DNA of 55,187 nucleotides from the NCBI GenBank assembly GCA_036676985.1, contig JAKFBU010000050.1, positions 1 to 55,187 on the forward strand. The letters run 5' to 3'. Positions within the stretch are counted from its first letter, which is position 1; each line of letters starts with the position of its first letter. Made by a program: the position numbers and the translations under genes. This DNA is from Candidatus Sericytochromatia bacterium. GTDB taxonomy: Bacteria; Cyanobacteriota; Sericytochromatia; S15B-MN24; UBA4093. This document shows positions 8,343 through 20,109 of the stretch, piece by piece. The notes beneath the pieces were generated by a model, which saw only the letters and a list, made by a program, of their open reading frames with translations, did not search any database and was not told the DNA's origin.

Positions 8343-9707
8343 TTACTTGGCCGCCTGGCGCGTGGCCGTCCGCCACAGCTGATAGAGCAGGAGGACCGCG
8401 CCCATCGAGAGCACGCCCGCATCGTGCCGCCGCAACGGCGGGCGGAGCGTCTGGTAGAGGGCGTAGATCATCGGCGAGGTATGCCGGTGGATGGTCTTGG
8501 TGACGGCCGAGCCCTTGATGTACAGGCCGAGCGGGTTGGTCGGCGTGCGGCGCTTCTGGGCGAGCGCCGGCGCGTACTCGCCGCGGATGTGGTCGCGCAT
8601 GAGCCCGAAGGCGGGCTTGGGGTCCCCCGTGTGGCGCAGCATGCCGAAGTGGTACTCGATGCCGATCACGTCCGCGTGCTCGCCCGCGAAGATCTCGCCC
8701 GGCCGGGCGTCGTAGAGCTCGTAGACGTTGGCGAGGTGGAGCTTGTTGTGGGGCCACTTCTCGGGGGAGAGGCGATCGCTCAGGTACGGCAGCGCCGCCG
8801 CGTACCAGTCGCGCATGGTCTCGTCCGAGTGGTCCTCGGGAAAGAACTTGATGCGGGCCGGCTTCTTGATGAGGTCCACGTTGGGGCAGCTCGAGTAGCC
8901 GAACTCGCCGACCAGCACGGTCTTGCCGTACCAGGAGCTGCGGTGGTCGTGGACCTTCTTGGCGATCGCCTCCAGCGGATCCCACGACAGCGGCCCCACC
9001 CCGGGCACCCAGGTGTCGGGGTAGTGGTCGAGCGCGATGGCGTCGATGCAGTCGCTCGCGCGGTCCAGGAGCTGGTCCGTGAAGTGGTCCCACTCCGTCC
9101 AGCCCGGGTAGGTGAGCGGCGTGAAGTCCGAGACGCTCGGGATGACGTTGTAGACGAGCATGGCGTCCGGGCCGAGCTCCTGGCGCGCGATCCGGAAGAG
9201 GCCCACCAGCGCCGGCCAGTTCACGTCCACCGGCAGCGTCACCTTCCAGCCGCCCAGGGAGAAGGCCTTGGTGTGGAAGAGGTTGAAGTCGTCCTTGAGG
9301 TGCGAGACGTAGTTGTTGGGCTCGTTCCAGATCTGCCAGAGGTGGACCAGGTCCCCGAACTCGAGCGCGCAGGTCCGGCAGTAGGCGCGCCACGCGGCGT
9401 GGAAGGACGCCAGGTCGTGCATGGCCAGGTCGCACGCCCACTCGGGCGGGTTGTAGAGGATGCCGTAGACTTGGATGCCCGAGGCCACCAGCCGGCCCAG
9501 GAAGTGTCGATACCAGGCGATGACCTCCGGGTCGACCTGACCCGGCATGGGCTCGATCTCGCGCCAGCGCAGGTCGACCCGGACGTAGCGCACGCCCAGC
9601 TCCTGGAGGTGCTCCAGGGCGCGATCGCCGTGCGGGTACAGCTCGTCCAGCGCCATGGTGGCCGAGAGGCGCGACGGATTCAGGTTGATCGACCAGTTCA
9701 ACGCCAT
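8343..9707 (-). CDS. Clan GH-A glycoside hydrolase with C-terminal membrane anchor
   Basis: RVDLRWREIEP, WQIWNEPN (acid/base) and VGEFGYS (nucleophile). Hydrophobic C-terminal helix. Start ATG 9707. Confidence 0.75.
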   Translation of the reverse strand: MALNWSINLNPSRLSATMALDELYPHGDRALEHLQELGVRYVRVDLRWREIEPMPGQVDPEVIAWYRHFLGRLVASGIQVYGILYNPPEWACDLAMHDLASFHAAWRAYCRTCALEFGDLVHLWQIWNEPNNYVSHLKDDFNLFHTKAFSLGGWKVTLPVDVNWPALVGLFRIARQELGPDAMLVYNVIPSVSDFTPLTYPGWTEWDHFTDQLLDRASDCIDAIALDHYPDTWVPGVGPLSWDPLEAIAKKVHDHRSSWYGKTVLVGEFGYSSCPNVDLIKKPARIKFFPEDHSDETMRDWYAAALPYLSDRLSPEKWPHNKLHLANVYELYDARPGEIFAGEHADVIGIEYHFGMLRHTGDPKPAFGLMRDHIRGEYAPALAQKRRTPTNPLGLYIKGSAVTKTIHRHTSPMIYALYQTLRPPLRRHDAGVLSMGAVLLLYQLWRTATRQAAK

Positions 9708-9865
9708 GCAAAAGCTTCCTTCGATGCCATTATAGGCATGATCTTCCCGGTGGATCGATCTTGTAACGGAACGAGGCGTGGTTCGCGGCTCCCTGGGGCT
9801 CAAGCGGCCTGAGGATGCGATCCAGTGCCGGTGCGGGTTATAATGGGCCGAGAGGATATCGTCGC

Positions 9866-11722
9866 GTGCAGCTTTCCGACCAGCTCCAGGCCCAACTCGC
9901 GAGCCTGCCGACCAACCCCGGCGTCTACCTGATGCGGGACGCGGCGGGCACGATCCTGTACGTCGGCAAGGCCGTCAACCTCAGGAATCGGGTCCGCTCC
10001 TACTTCCGCGAGGACAAGGGCCACTCTCCCAAGGTCCGCATGCTGGTCCGGCAGGTGGATCACCTGGAGACCATCTCGACCGACACCGAGGTCGAGGCCC
10101 TCGTGCTCGAGGACACGCTCATCAAGCAGCACAGGCCCTACTTCAACATCCTCCTCAAGGACGACAAGACCTATCCCTGGCTCAAGCTCACGACCAACGA
10201 GGCCTTTCCGCGCCTCATCATCACGCGCAAGCGCTTTCCGGACGGCGCTCGCTACTTCGGGCCCTACCCGGACACCGGGGCCATGTATGCCACCATGCGC
10301 CTCATCAAGCAGCTCTTCCCGCTGCGCCAGCGTCCCAAGCCGCAGTTCCGGGATCGGCCCTGCCTCAACTACTCCATCGGCCGCTGCCTGGGGCCCTGCC
10401 AGGGGCTCGTCTCGCGCGAGGAGTACCGGGCGGTGGTGGACAAGGTCATCGCCTTCCTGGAAGGTCGCCACAAGGACCTGCTTCGCGACCTCAAGGCCCA
10501 GATGGGCGAGGCGAGCGAGGCCCTGGACTTCGAGCGGGCCGCCAAGGCGCGCGACGCCATCCATGCCATCACCCGGATCCTCGAGGACCAGAAGGTCGTC
10601 GCCGAAAAGGAGACGGACCAGGACGTGGTGGCCATGGCCCTCGACGAGGTCTCGGCGGCCATCCAGCTCTTCGAGGTGCGCGAGGGCAAGGTGCTCGGCC
10701 GCAAGGCCTTCATGCTCGAGCGCGACGGCTTCACGGCCGCCGAGGTCCTTTCGGCCTTCCTCACCCAGTACTACTCCGGCGCTCAGCGCCTGCCCAAAGA
10801 GATCCTCCTGCCCGAGGAGGTGCCGGACCTGGAGCTCGTCGCGAGCTGGCTTTCGGCGCGGCGCGGGTCCAAGGTGGCCCTCACGGTGCCCAAGCGCGGC
10901 GACAAGTTGAAGCTTCTGGAAATGGTGGCCTATAATGCGCAGCAGGCGCTCGAGCAAGAGCGTCTCAAGCGCTGGGCCGCCCTGGAGCGGGGCCCGCACA
11001 AGGCGCTCAGCGAGCTCGCCGCGGCCCTCGGCCTGGACGAGATCCCGCACCGGATTGAGGGGTACGATATCGCGCACGTTCAGGGATCCGACACCGTCGC
11101 CTCCATGGTCGTCTTCGTCGACGGGGCTCCGGCCAAGGCCGAGTACCGCCGCTTCAAGATCAAGACCGTCGAGGGCGTCGACGACTTCGCCTCCATGCGC
11201 GAGGTCGTCCGCCGGCGCTTCAAGCACCTGGCGGGCGGCGATCGCGACGAGGCGAGCTGGCCCATGCCGGATCTGGTCCTCATCGACGGCGGCAAGGGGC
11301 AGCTCGGCGCCGCCCTCGAGAGCCTCGAGGACCTGGGCGTGGAGGTCCCCATCTTCGGACTCGCCAAGCAGTTCGAGGAGATCTACCTGCCCGGCCGCCG
11401 GGACCCCATCCGCCTCTCCAAGCGCTCGGCAGCCCTGCACCTGATCCAACGGGTGCGCGACGAAGCGCACCGATTCGCCAACACCTTCCATGGTAAGCTG
11501 CGAGCCAAGCGCATGACGCGCTCGGCACTGGACGACGTGCCCGGGATCGGGGAGAAGCGCAAGCTCCATCTCCTCAAGACCCTGGGTTCGGTCGATACCA
11601 TGCGGGCCATGTCCGTCGAGGAGCTCGCCGAGCGCGGCTCCTTGCCGGTCAAGGTGGCCGCCGACCTCTACCGGCGGCTCCACCCGCAGCCGGATGCCCT
11701 CCCCGACGCGCGACGGAGCTAG
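9866..11722 (+). CDS. uvrC: Excinuclease ABC subunit C
   Basis: GIY-YIG (PGVYLM..YVGKAVNLRNRV), UVR domain, RIEGYDIAH, DGGKGQL and HhH. Start GTG 9866, TATAAT at 9839. Confidence 0.97.
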   Translation: MQLSDQLQAQLASLPTNPGVYLMRDAAGTILYVGKAVNLRNRVRSYFREDKGHSPKVRMLVRQVDHLETISTDTEVEALVLEDTLIKQHRPYFNILLKDDKTYPWLKLTTNEAFPRLIITRKRFPDGARYFGPYPDTGAMYATMRLIKQLFPLRQRPKPQFRDRPCLNYSIGRCLGPCQGLVSREEYRAVVDKVIAFLEGRHKDLLRDLKAQMGEASEALDFERAAKARDAIHAITRILEDQKVVAEKETDQDVVAMALDEVSAAIQLFEVREGKVLGRKAFMLERDGFTAAEVLSAFLTQYYSGAQRLPKEILLPEEVPDLELVASWLSARRGSKVALTVPKRGDKLKLLEMVAYNAQQALEQERLKRWAALERGPHKALSELAAALGLDEIPHRIEGYDIAHVQGSDTVASMVVFVDGAPAKAEYRRFKIKTVEGVDDFASMREVVRRRFKHLAGGDRDEASWPMPDLVLIDGGKGQLGAALESLEDLGVEVPIFGLAKQFEEIYLPGRRDPIRLSKRSAALHLIQRVRDEAHRFANTFHGKLRAKRMTRSALDDVPGIGEKRKLHLLKTLGSVDTMRAMSVEELAERGSLPVKVAADLYRRLHPQPDALPDARRS

Positions 11723-12876
11723 TGACCGACTTGCGAAAAACGGTAGGCCGCCTCTTGGCCGCAATGCTCGTGCTCTCCCTGCTCGCCCCCTGGCCGGCGG
11801 GGGCGGCGCGTACCCAGGATCCGCTCCAGCAGCACCGCCAGCGGCTCGAGCGGATCCAGGAGAAGCTCGAGGCGACGCGCCGCAAGGTGACGATCCTCAA
11901 GAAGAAGGAGAGCAAGGCCGTCGACGAGCTGACGGTGCTGCAGCAGCGCCTCGAGCGGACGAGCATCCAGCTCGAGGACTCGGAGTTCCGCCTCAAGCGC
12001 GCCGAGCGCCAGCTCGAGATCACCAAGCTCGCCCTCTCGGATGCCCAGCAGCGCTTCACGCGCGAGCAGCAGCTCGCGAGCACGCGCCTGCGCGCCATCT
12101 ACAAGCACCGGCAGGCCGACTACTGGGAGGCGCTCCTGACCGCGCCGGACCTGGTCGACTTCATGACCCGCTACCAATTCTTCAAGTACATCTCCCAGTC
12201 CGACGCCGAGCTCCTGAACCGGCTCGATCGCCGCATGACCGAGATCACTCACCAGAAGCGGCGCTACGGCGTGGCCCTCCAGACCATCTCGACCATCACC
12301 GAGAACATCAAGCAGCAGAAGGACCAGATCCAGGACGACACCCAGGACACCTCGGCCCTGATCTCGCGCCTGCGCAGCGAGCGCGCCTCCGCGGAGGCTG
12401 CCATGGCCCAGCTGGAGCGCGACAGCGTCCAGATCGAGGCCATGATCCGGCGCCTGATGGCCGCGCGCCGACGGATGCCCCGCATGGGTACCGGCCGCTT
12501 CCAGTATCCCGTCAACGCGGCGATCGGAGACACCTTCGGGCTGCGTTACCACCCGATCCTGAAGGTGCGTCGGCCCCACCGCGGGCTGGATTTCCGGGCT
12601 CGCCAGGGCAGTCCCATCTACGCCGCAGATCGAGGTATGGTAATATTCAGCGGGTGGTTCGGCTCGTTCGGAAAGGTGGTCATCATCGACCACGGCGGGG
12701 ACATCACGTCCCTCTACGCCCACGCCAGCCGCCTGGTCGTCGACAAGGGGACGGTCGTCAACCGCGGTCAGCTCATCGCCTACGTCGGATCCACGGGGCT
12801 CTCCACCGGTCCGCACCTGCACTTCGAGGTGCGCCAGAACGGCACCCCGGTGAACCCGCTGCGCTTCCTGCGCTAG
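11722..12876 (+). CDS. Secreted coiled-coil + M23 metallopeptidase (EnvC/CwlO-like architecture)
   Basis: Signal peptide, long coiled coil, HRGLD and STGPHLHFEVR with intact Zn ligands. Confidence 0.88.
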   Translation: MTDLRKTVGRLLAAMLVLSLLAPWPAGAARTQDPLQQHRQRLERIQEKLEATRRKVTILKKKESKAVDELTVLQQRLERTSIQLEDSEFRLKRAERQLEITKLALSDAQQRFTREQQLASTRLRAIYKHRQADYWEALLTAPDLVDFMTRYQFFKYISQSDAELLNRLDRRMTEITHQKRRYGVALQTISTITENIKQQKDQIQDDTQDTSALISRLRSERASAEAAMAQLERDSVQIEAMIRRLMAARRRMPRMGTGRFQYPVNAAIGDTFGLRYHPILKVRRPHRGLDFRARQGSPIYAADRGMVIFSGWFGSFGKVVIIDHGGDITSLYAHASRLVVDKGTVVNRGQLIAYVGSTGLSTGPHLHFEVRQNGTPVNPLRFLR

Positions 12877-12998
12877 GCTCGAGCGGACGAGACTCCCGGG
12901 TCCCCATGGCGTTGCTCGACTGGTTTTGTTAGGGGTACCAGGGGTATAGAGGATCCGTGTCCGCCCATGGCGGATCCCTGCCTTGAAAAGGATGGCTT

Positions 12999-14213
<1,215 letters not shown>

Positions 14214-14226
14214 GTCCGCCAGCAAG

Positions 14227-14258
14227 ACGCCCCGCTCGGTCATCCGAGCGGGGCGTTT
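14227..14258. terminator. Terminator hairpin between convergent genes
   Basis: ACGCCCCGCTCGG/CCGAGCGGGGCGT stem followed by TT. Confidence 0.7.
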
Positions 14259-14267
14259 GCCTTGGGG

Positions 14268-15281
14268 CTAAGGAGTCGCCGACGGTGTCGCCGCCCGCGG
14301 CCGCAACTGGTAGACCCGCCCCGCGGCCGTATCCACGATAAAGGGCGTCTGGTCGGGTGCGAGCGCCAGGGGGCCCGGGGCCTGCAGCGCGCCCTTGGTG
14401 GCGTCCGTGGCCTCGTCGGTCGTGCCCGCCTCCCCGTTGCCGGCGACGGTCTGGATGGCTCCGTCGGGGCGGATCCAGCGGACGCGCCGGTTGCCCGTGT
14501 CCGAGACCAGGAGGTCGCCGGAGGGAAGCAGGACGATGCCCGACGGCGAGGCCAGCTGGCTCTCGGCGGCCGGCCCGCCGTCGCCGGCGAAGCCTTCCTT
14601 GCCGTTGCCCGCGAGCGTCGTGATCTGACCCGCCGGGGTGATGCGGCGCACGGCGTGGTTGCCGGTGTCCGCCACGAAGACGGTGCCGTCCTGGGCGACC
14701 GTGAGGGCCTGCGGGGACGCGAGGCTCGTGTCGGCGAAGCGGGCCTCGCCGTCGCCCGCGAGCGTCACGATGCGGCCGTCGCGGTCCACCTTGCGGATCC
14801 GGTGGTGCCGGGTGTCGGCGATGAAGAGGTCGCCCTGTCCGTCCACGCCCACGTCCATGGGGCCGTCCAGCTGCGCGCTGACGGCAAGCCCGCCGTCACC
14901 GATGGGGAAGAGGGTCGTGCCCGTCCCGGCGAACGCCTCGGGTGCCGCGTCCTCGACCATGCGCCAGACCCGGTTGGCCCCCGAGTCGGCGATGAACAGC
15001 GAGCCCGTCGCCAGGACCAGACCCGTCGGCTGCTTCAGGAGCGAGGCGCCGGGTGCGAGCGTGCGGACGCCGCCCTCGGGGCCCGAGAGGGCCACCCCGT
15101 CCCGGGTGGCAAGGTAGATGCCGTCCGGTGCCACGGCGATCCCGCGCGGGTCCGGGAGGTCCGCGAGGACCGTGCTGAGCCCGAACTCGGGGGCGGGGAC
15201 GGCCTGGGAAGGCGGCGTGCCGGGTTTGCAGGCGGCGAGCGTGACGGCGGCGAGGGCGACGGCGGCGAGGGCGATGCGCAT
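14268..15281 (-). CDS. NHL-repeat (beta-propeller) lipoprotein
   Basis: Lipobox LAAC and repeated P.G+A+..G.LF+ADT.NH.+R.+ units. Start ATG 15281 with AAGGAGG. Confidence 0.85.
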   Translation of the reverse strand: MRIALAAVALAAVTLAACKPGTPPSQAVPAPEFGLSTVLADLPDPRGIAVAPDGIYLATRDGVALSGPEGGVRTLAPGASLLKQPTGLVLATGSLFIADSGANRVWRMVEDAAPEAFAGTGTTLFPIGDGGLAVSAQLDGPMDVGVDGQGDLFIADTRHHRIRKVDRDGRIVTLAGDGEARFADTSLASPQALTVAQDGTVFVADTGNHAVRRITPAGQITTLAGNGKEGFAGDGGPAAESQLASPSGIVLLPSGDLLVSDTGNRRVRWIRPDGAIQTVAGNGEAGTTDEATDATKGALQAPGPLALAPDQTPFIVDTAAGRVYQLRPRAATPSATP

Positions 15282-15389
15282 GGCGGCCTCCTTTGATGCG
15301 ACGTCCCCATTGTAAAGCAGCCGGCCCGATGACATAACGGGCTCGTTGCCCCTCAATGGCCGGACCTGGGCCAACGTCCGGCACATCTG

Positions 15390-15398
15390 TGCTAGAAT
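15390..15398 (+). promoter_or_regulatory. Extended -10 promoter of the actin-like/flagellar operon
   Basis: TGCTAGAAT, the same motif seen at 4426 (+) and about 29025 (-). Confidence 0.5.
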
Positions 15399-15489
15399 AT
15401 CGCCTATACTGGAATCTCTAGCGGACGCGTGGTCGCCGCTCCCGGCCGCCCACCCTGTCGCCCCCGTTTCTGTCCCCGAAGGAGACCTC

Positions 15490-16593
15490 ATGGACCCGAT
15501 CAACCTCGGCATCGATCTCGGCCGCTCGGAGACTCGCCTGTACGACGGCGAGCACCTCTACGTCATCCCGACCCTGATCGGCGGCCCGGTGGCGACCATT
15601 CGTCGCGGCTCGGCCAAGCTCAATGACGAGGCCCTCGAGAGCCACCTCTCGGTCAAGATCGGCCGCCATGAGTACTCGGTGGGCAAGCATGCCCTCGAGC
15701 AGCCCTTCCTGTTCCCGGTCAACGACGTGGACCTGTTCGCCGAGGAGCTGAACCTGGCCCTCCTCTTGGGCGTGCTCGGCCTCTACGTGCGCCGCAGCGG
15801 CGTCGCCGGCATCCCCAAGCTCAAGCTCTGCCTGGGCCTGCCCATCGCGCTGACCCGCCGCGTCGCCTACGTGGAGGCGCGCCTCGCCGAGTGGACCAAG
15901 CTGCACACCTTCGAGTTCTGCGGCGAGCCCATGAGCCTCGACCTGGTCCAGATCGACTACATTCCCCAGCCGGTGGGCGCGGTCTACGCGGGCCTCATGT
16001 CGGGCGACCTCGAGTACGCCCCGACCGAGAACGTGGGCGTCATCGACCCCGGTCACCTCTCCACCGACTGGGTGGTCGTCCGCCTGCCCAACGAGCTCTC
16101 CGCCTATTCCGGCCAGACGACGGCGGCCGCCGGCCACCGCCTCACGGAGGCCATCACCGTCTACCTCGAGGAGCAGGGCGTGACCCGCTTCGACCCCCTG
16201 GCCATCATGGAGTCGCTCACCACCGGCGACTACGTGGACAACGGCACGACCATCCCCATCCGCGACGACGTCACGGCCGAGCTGGTCGAGCGCATGGCCC
16301 AGCAGATCGCCCTCACCGTCAAGCAGAGCTGGCGCGACCTGTCGGTCGATCGCATGCTCCTGGTGGGCGGATTCGGCCGCCTGCTCTACCCGCACCTCGT
16401 CCAGTACCCCTACTTCCGCGACCTCCAGCTCGCCCAGGACTTCCGCTACTACAACGTGCGCGGCACCTACGAGTACGGCGTGGCCACCCCGTTCCGCCAG
16501 TCGGAGGTGATCGCCTCCGCCCAGGCCAAGGTCGCCAAGTCCAAGGCCGAGAAGCCCGTCGAGATCGACCCCCTCGTCGAGGCGGAGGTCTAG
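15490..16593 (+). CDS. ParM/StbA-family actin-like ATPase
   Basis: Phosphate-1 GIDLGRSET, LCLGLP, connect-1 PQPVGA, phosphate-2 VIDPGHLSTD, adenosine LVGGFG, NVRG. AAGGAG RBS before ATG 15490. Confidence 0.85.
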   Translation: MDPINLGIDLGRSETRLYDGEHLYVIPTLIGGPVATIRRGSAKLNDEALESHLSVKIGRHEYSVGKHALEQPFLFPVNDVDLFAEELNLALLLGVLGLYVRRSGVAGIPKLKLCLGLPIALTRRVAYVEARLAEWTKLHTFEFCGEPMSLDLVQIDYIPQPVGAVYAGLMSGDLEYAPTENVGVIDPGHLSTDWVVVRLPNELSAYSGQTTAAAGHRLTEAITVYLEEQGVTRFDPLAIMESLTTGDYVDNGTTIPIRDDVTAELVERMAQQIALTVKQSWRDLSVDRMLLVGGFGRLLYPHLVQYPYFRDLQLAQDFRYYNVRGTYEYGVATPFRQSEVIASAQAKVAKSKAEKPVEIDPLVEAEV

Positions 16594-16599
16594 TTCCTG

Positions 16600-17616
16600 A
16601 TGCTCGGCGCCTTTCAGGCTCAGATCCAGAAGCTGCTCGGACAGTCCCAGGACCCCCTGGGACTGATCACGCCCGATCAGCTCAAGGCCGTCCTGAAGTC
16701 CATCGAGGGCAAGTACAACGCCCTGCGCGATGAGAACAAGCGCCTCAAGACCACGATCGCGGACCTCAAGGAGCTCACCGAGCGCCTAGAGGACGAGTCC
16801 AAGCGCTACCGGGAGCAGGCGGAGCGCGAGCCGAACGCTCCGGCGGTCGATCCCGAGGAGCTCGTCCGGCTCCGCTCCGAGTACGCCATCGTCCAGCAGG
16901 CTGCCGACAGCCTGCGCGCGGAGCTTTCCAAGGCCCAGGCTGCCGGGGACACCGTGCGCGAGGAGCTCGCCAAGTCGCAGTCCGCCTGCGACGCCTGGCG
17001 CATCGAGCTGCACGAGGTCCGCACCGACTCGAGCCGCCTGATGGACGAGCTCGGCGAGGCCACGCTCAAGCTCGAGGCCGCCCAGAGCGAGCTTTCGAGC
17101 CTGCGCTCCGAGCTCGAGGCCGCACGTCAGCGCCATGCCGACGAGCTCGCGGAGGTACGCCAGGCGCTCAACATCGAGCGTTCCAAGGCCACCGAGCGCG
17201 AAGAGGAGCTCATGGGCTTCCGCTCCAAGGCGGTGAGCCCGGTCGCGCACCAGCTCATCGTGCGCGAGCGCGATCAGCTGCGCGCCGAGAAGGCCGAGCT
17301 CGAAACGCGCATCAAGGAGCACACGGCCGCCATGGACGCCCTGCGCAACGAGCTCGACCAGTCGCGCCACAACACTCAAGTTGTGGTCGCCACGACCGAT
17401 ATCAAGATCCAGGAGCGGATGGCCGCCCTGGAGCAGGAGAAGGTCGCCCTGCGCAACCAGCTCGAGGCGGCTCACGCCGAGAGCGATCGCCTGCGGCGCG
17501 AGCTGCAGGGCGCGGTGAGCTCGGCCTTCAAGCCCAGCGAGACCTCCGGCCCTCAGCGTCCGGTCAGTGCCGAAGAGCGTCGGCGCCTGATCCAGCAGCT
17601 CGTCAGCGGCAAGTAG
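16600..17616 (+). CDS. Long coiled-coil protein
   Basis: Heptad-rich E/A/L/R sequence over about 280 aa, starting 6 nt after the actin gene. Confidence 0.8.
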   Translation: MLGAFQAQIQKLLGQSQDPLGLITPDQLKAVLKSIEGKYNALRDENKRLKTTIADLKELTERLEDESKRYREQAEREPNAPAVDPEELVRLRSEYAIVQQAADSLRAELSKAQAAGDTVREELAKSQSACDAWRIELHEVRTDSSRLMDELGEATLKLEAAQSELSSLRSELEAARQRHADELAEVRQALNIERSKATEREEELMGFRSKAVSPVAHQLIVRERDQLRAEKAELETRIKEHTAAMDALRNELDQSRHNTQVVVATTDIKIQERMAALEQEKVALRNQLEAAHAESDRLRRELQGAVSSAFKPSETSGPQRPVSAEERRRLIQQLVSGK

Positions 17617-17635
17617 CACCCTGCGCGGAGGCGCC

Positions 17636-18124
17636 ATGATCCCCAACGGACTTTCGGACGTGCTGGCCCGCATCGCTCAGATCCAGGGCTCGCTTGCTCC
17701 CATGACCCAGGCCCCGGCCCCGGTCCAGAGCTTCGGCGCGGCCATGGACGCGGCGCAGGCCGCCGCCAAGCCTGGTCTGGTGGACCCGGCGCTCGTCGAG
17801 GCCGTCATCGAGGCCGAGTCGGGCGGCAACCCCAACGCCGTCTCGCATGCGGGGGCCATGGGCCTCATGCAGCTGATGCCCGGTACGGCCAAGGCCCTGG
17901 GGGTCCAGGACCCCTTCGATCCGGCCCAGAACGTCGCGGGCGGCACCCAGTACCTGCGCGAGATGCTCGACCGCTTCGGCAACGTGCCCGAGGCCCTCGC
18001 CGCCTACAACGCCGGCCCGGGGGCCGTCGAGAAGCACGGGGGCATTCCCCCCTATGCGGAGACCCGTCACTACGTCCAGCGCGTGCTGGAGCTGTACCGT
18101 CAGAATCAGGAGGGGCACCGGTGA
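17636..18124 (+). CDS. Lytic transglycosylase (SLT domain)
   Basis: [33 protein letters not shown]. Confidence 0.92.
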   Translation: MIPNGLSDVLARIAQIQGSLAPMTQAPAPVQSFGAAMDAAQAAAKPGLVDPALVEAVIEAESGGNPNAVSHAGAMGLMQLMPGTAKALGVQDPFDPAQNVAGGTQYLREMLDRFGNVPEALAAYNAGPGAVEKHGGIPPYAETRHYVQRVLELYRQNQEGHR

Positions 18125-18897
18125 TCCGAGGCATCTACACGGCAGCCGCCGGCATGGCGGCCGAGCTCGCCAAGCAGGACGTGGTGGCCAACAACCTGGC
18201 CAACGCCAACACGGACGGCTTCAAGGCGGACATGGCGGTCTTCAAGACCCGCGCCGACAAGACCATCTACCGGGTCGCCGGCGAGGGCGGCGCCCGCGGC
18301 GGCGTGCCGAACGTCCAGAAGATGGGCGAGCTCTCGACGGGCGTCTACCTGGACGCGATCAACACCCAGTTCCAGCAGGGCACGCTGCGCCAGACCGACG
18401 AGCCCCTGGATCTGGCCCTCGAAGGCGACGGATACTTCGTGGTCCAGGGTTCCAACGGCGAGGAGCTCCTGATGCGCGGCGGGTCCTTCACCCGTAACGC
18501 CCAGGGAGTCATCGTCGATCCGAACGGCCGGCCGCTCCTGGGCGACCAGGGTCCCATCCGCCTGGTGGGCTCCGACGCCATCCACGTCTCCAACGAGGGC
18601 GTGGTTCGCCAGGGCGCCCGCACCATCGGGAAGCTCCGCGTCGAGACGGTGGAGATCCCCACCGAGGCGCTCGAGAAGCGCGGCGACGTAGCCTGGAGCC
18701 TCAAGGGGGCGGCCACGACTCGGCCGGCCAACGAGGCCATGGTCAAGCAGGGCTATCTGGAAGGATCCAACGTCAACCCGATCCGCGCGATGGTCGAGAT
18801 GATCGCCGTCCAGCGCAGCTACGAGGCGAGTCAAAAAATGATTTCGGCCCAAGATGAAACTTTGGGTAAAGCCGTGGGCGAAATCGGCCGAGTATAG
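18121..18897 (+). CDS. flgF: Flagellar basal-body rod protein FlgF (FlgEFG family)
   Basis: [35 protein letters not shown]. Confidence 0.88.
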   Translation: MIRGIYTAAAGMAAELAKQDVVANNLANANTDGFKADMAVFKTRADKTIYRVAGEGGARGGVPNVQKMGELSTGVYLDAINTQFQQGTLRQTDEPLDLALEGDGYFVVQGSNGEELLMRGGSFTRNAQGVIVDPNGRPLLGDQGPIRLVGSDAIHVSNEGVVRQGARTIGKLRVETVEIPTEALEKRGDVAWSLKGAATTRPANEAMVKQGYLEGSNVNPIRAMVEMIAVQRSYEASQKMISAQDETLGKAVGEIGRV

Positions 18898-18933
18898 ATC
18901 TAGACGTCACCCCCGCGAGAAAGGATCAGTCGC

Positions 18934-19719
18934 ATGCTTGGATCTCTCTGGTCGGCCGCCACGGGCATGAAGGCCCAGCAGGTCAACATCGACGTGACTT
19001 CCAACAACCTCGCGAACGTGAACACGCCGGGCTTCAAGAAGTCGCGCGCCGAGTTCCAGGACCTGATCTACCGCACGGCCGCCGAGGCCGGCGCTCCGGT
19101 CAATACCGGCTCGCGCACCCCGGTGGGCAGCCAGGTCGGCATGGGTGTCCGCTCGGTCGCCGTGGCCCGTTCCTACGCGCAGGGCGACTTCATCCAGACC
19201 GAGAACCCCTTCGACATCGGCATCGAGGGCGAGGGCTTCTTCCAGGTGCAGCTGGGGGACGGTAGCATCGCCTACACCCGCGACGGCAGCTTCAAGGTCG
19301 ACGCCAACGGCCAACTCGTCACCACCGAGGGCTACATCCTGCAGCCCAACATCTCGGTGCCCGGCAATGCCCGCAACGTCACCGTCACTCCCGAGGGCAT
19401 CATCACGGCGTCGATCGACGACCAGGTGCAGCAGCTCGGTCAGCTCCAGATGGTGCGCTTCGTCAACCCGGCAGGTCTCACGTCGCAGGGGCACAACCTC
19501 TTCAAGCCGACCGACGCGTCGGGTGACCCTCAGACCTTCACCCCGGGTGAGTCGGGCACCAACACCCGTCTGCTCGGCGGCTCGCTCGAAGGCTCCAATG
19601 TCCGCATCGTCGAGGAGATGGTCAACCTGATCATCGCTCAGCGCGCCTACGAGGCCAACTCGAAGGCCATCTCGACCTCGGACGACATGCTCAGCCAGGC
19701 CAACAACCTCAAGCGGTAG
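18934..19719 (+). CDS. flgG: Flagellar distal rod protein FlgG
   Basis: SNNLANVNTPGFK, FQDLIY, YTRDGSF, LEGSNV..VEEMVNLI.AQRAYE. Confidence 0.95.
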   Translation: MLGSLWSAATGMKAQQVNIDVTSNNLANVNTPGFKKSRAEFQDLIYRTAAEAGAPVNTGSRTPVGSQVGMGVRSVAVARSYAQGDFIQTENPFDIGIEGEGFFQVQLGDGSIAYTRDGSFKVDANGQLVTTEGYILQPNISVPGNARNVTVTPEGIITASIDDQVQQLGQLQMVRFVNPAGLTSQGHNLFKPTDASGDPQTFTPGESGTNTRLLGGSLEGSNVRIVEEMVNLIIAQRAYEANSKAISTSDDMLSQANNLKR

Positions 19720-19725
19720 TAGGCC

Positions 19726-20049
19726 ATGTTCGATCCCCGCGTTCAGCTGCGCGTCGCGCCGCAGGACAAGCACCTCAACCCCGACCAGCAGAAGGTCATG
19801 GCCGCCGCGCGCGAGTTCGAGGCGGTCATGATCCATCAGCTGCTCAAGACCATGCGCAGCACGGTCCAGTCCTCGGGGCTCGAGAGCGGGGCGGCCATGG
19901 GGACCTACCGCGACATGATGGACGACGAGCTCGCCAAGGTCATGGCCCACGGCTCGGGCCTCGGCTTCGCGGACGCGATCGCCCGCCAGCTCCTCGACAT
20001 CAAGCCAGGCAAGCCCGCTCCTTCACCCGACAAGCCGTCGGATAGTTAG
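19726..20049 (+). CDS. flgJ: FlgJ rod-binding domain protein (no muramidase domain)
   Basis: AAREFEAV...LLKTMR...YRDMMDDELA...GLGFAD.I.RQL. Confidence 0.85.
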   Translation: MFDPRVQLRVAPQDKHLNPDQQKVMAAAREFEAVMIHQLLKTMRSTVQSSGLESGAAMGTYRDMMDDELAKVMAHGSGLGFADAIARQLLDIKPGKPAPSPDKPSDS

Positions 20050-20109
20050 GGACCAGTCCCTGCGGGGAACATGGCATGAGCACTCGTGCCATTCCGGAGG
20101 GAGGGCTCC

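Noticed and set aside
15300-15489. parC-like centromere for the ParM-like gene
   Set aside because: No iterated direct repeats are visible, and the downstream gene is a long coiled coil rather than a small ribbon-helix-helix ParR.
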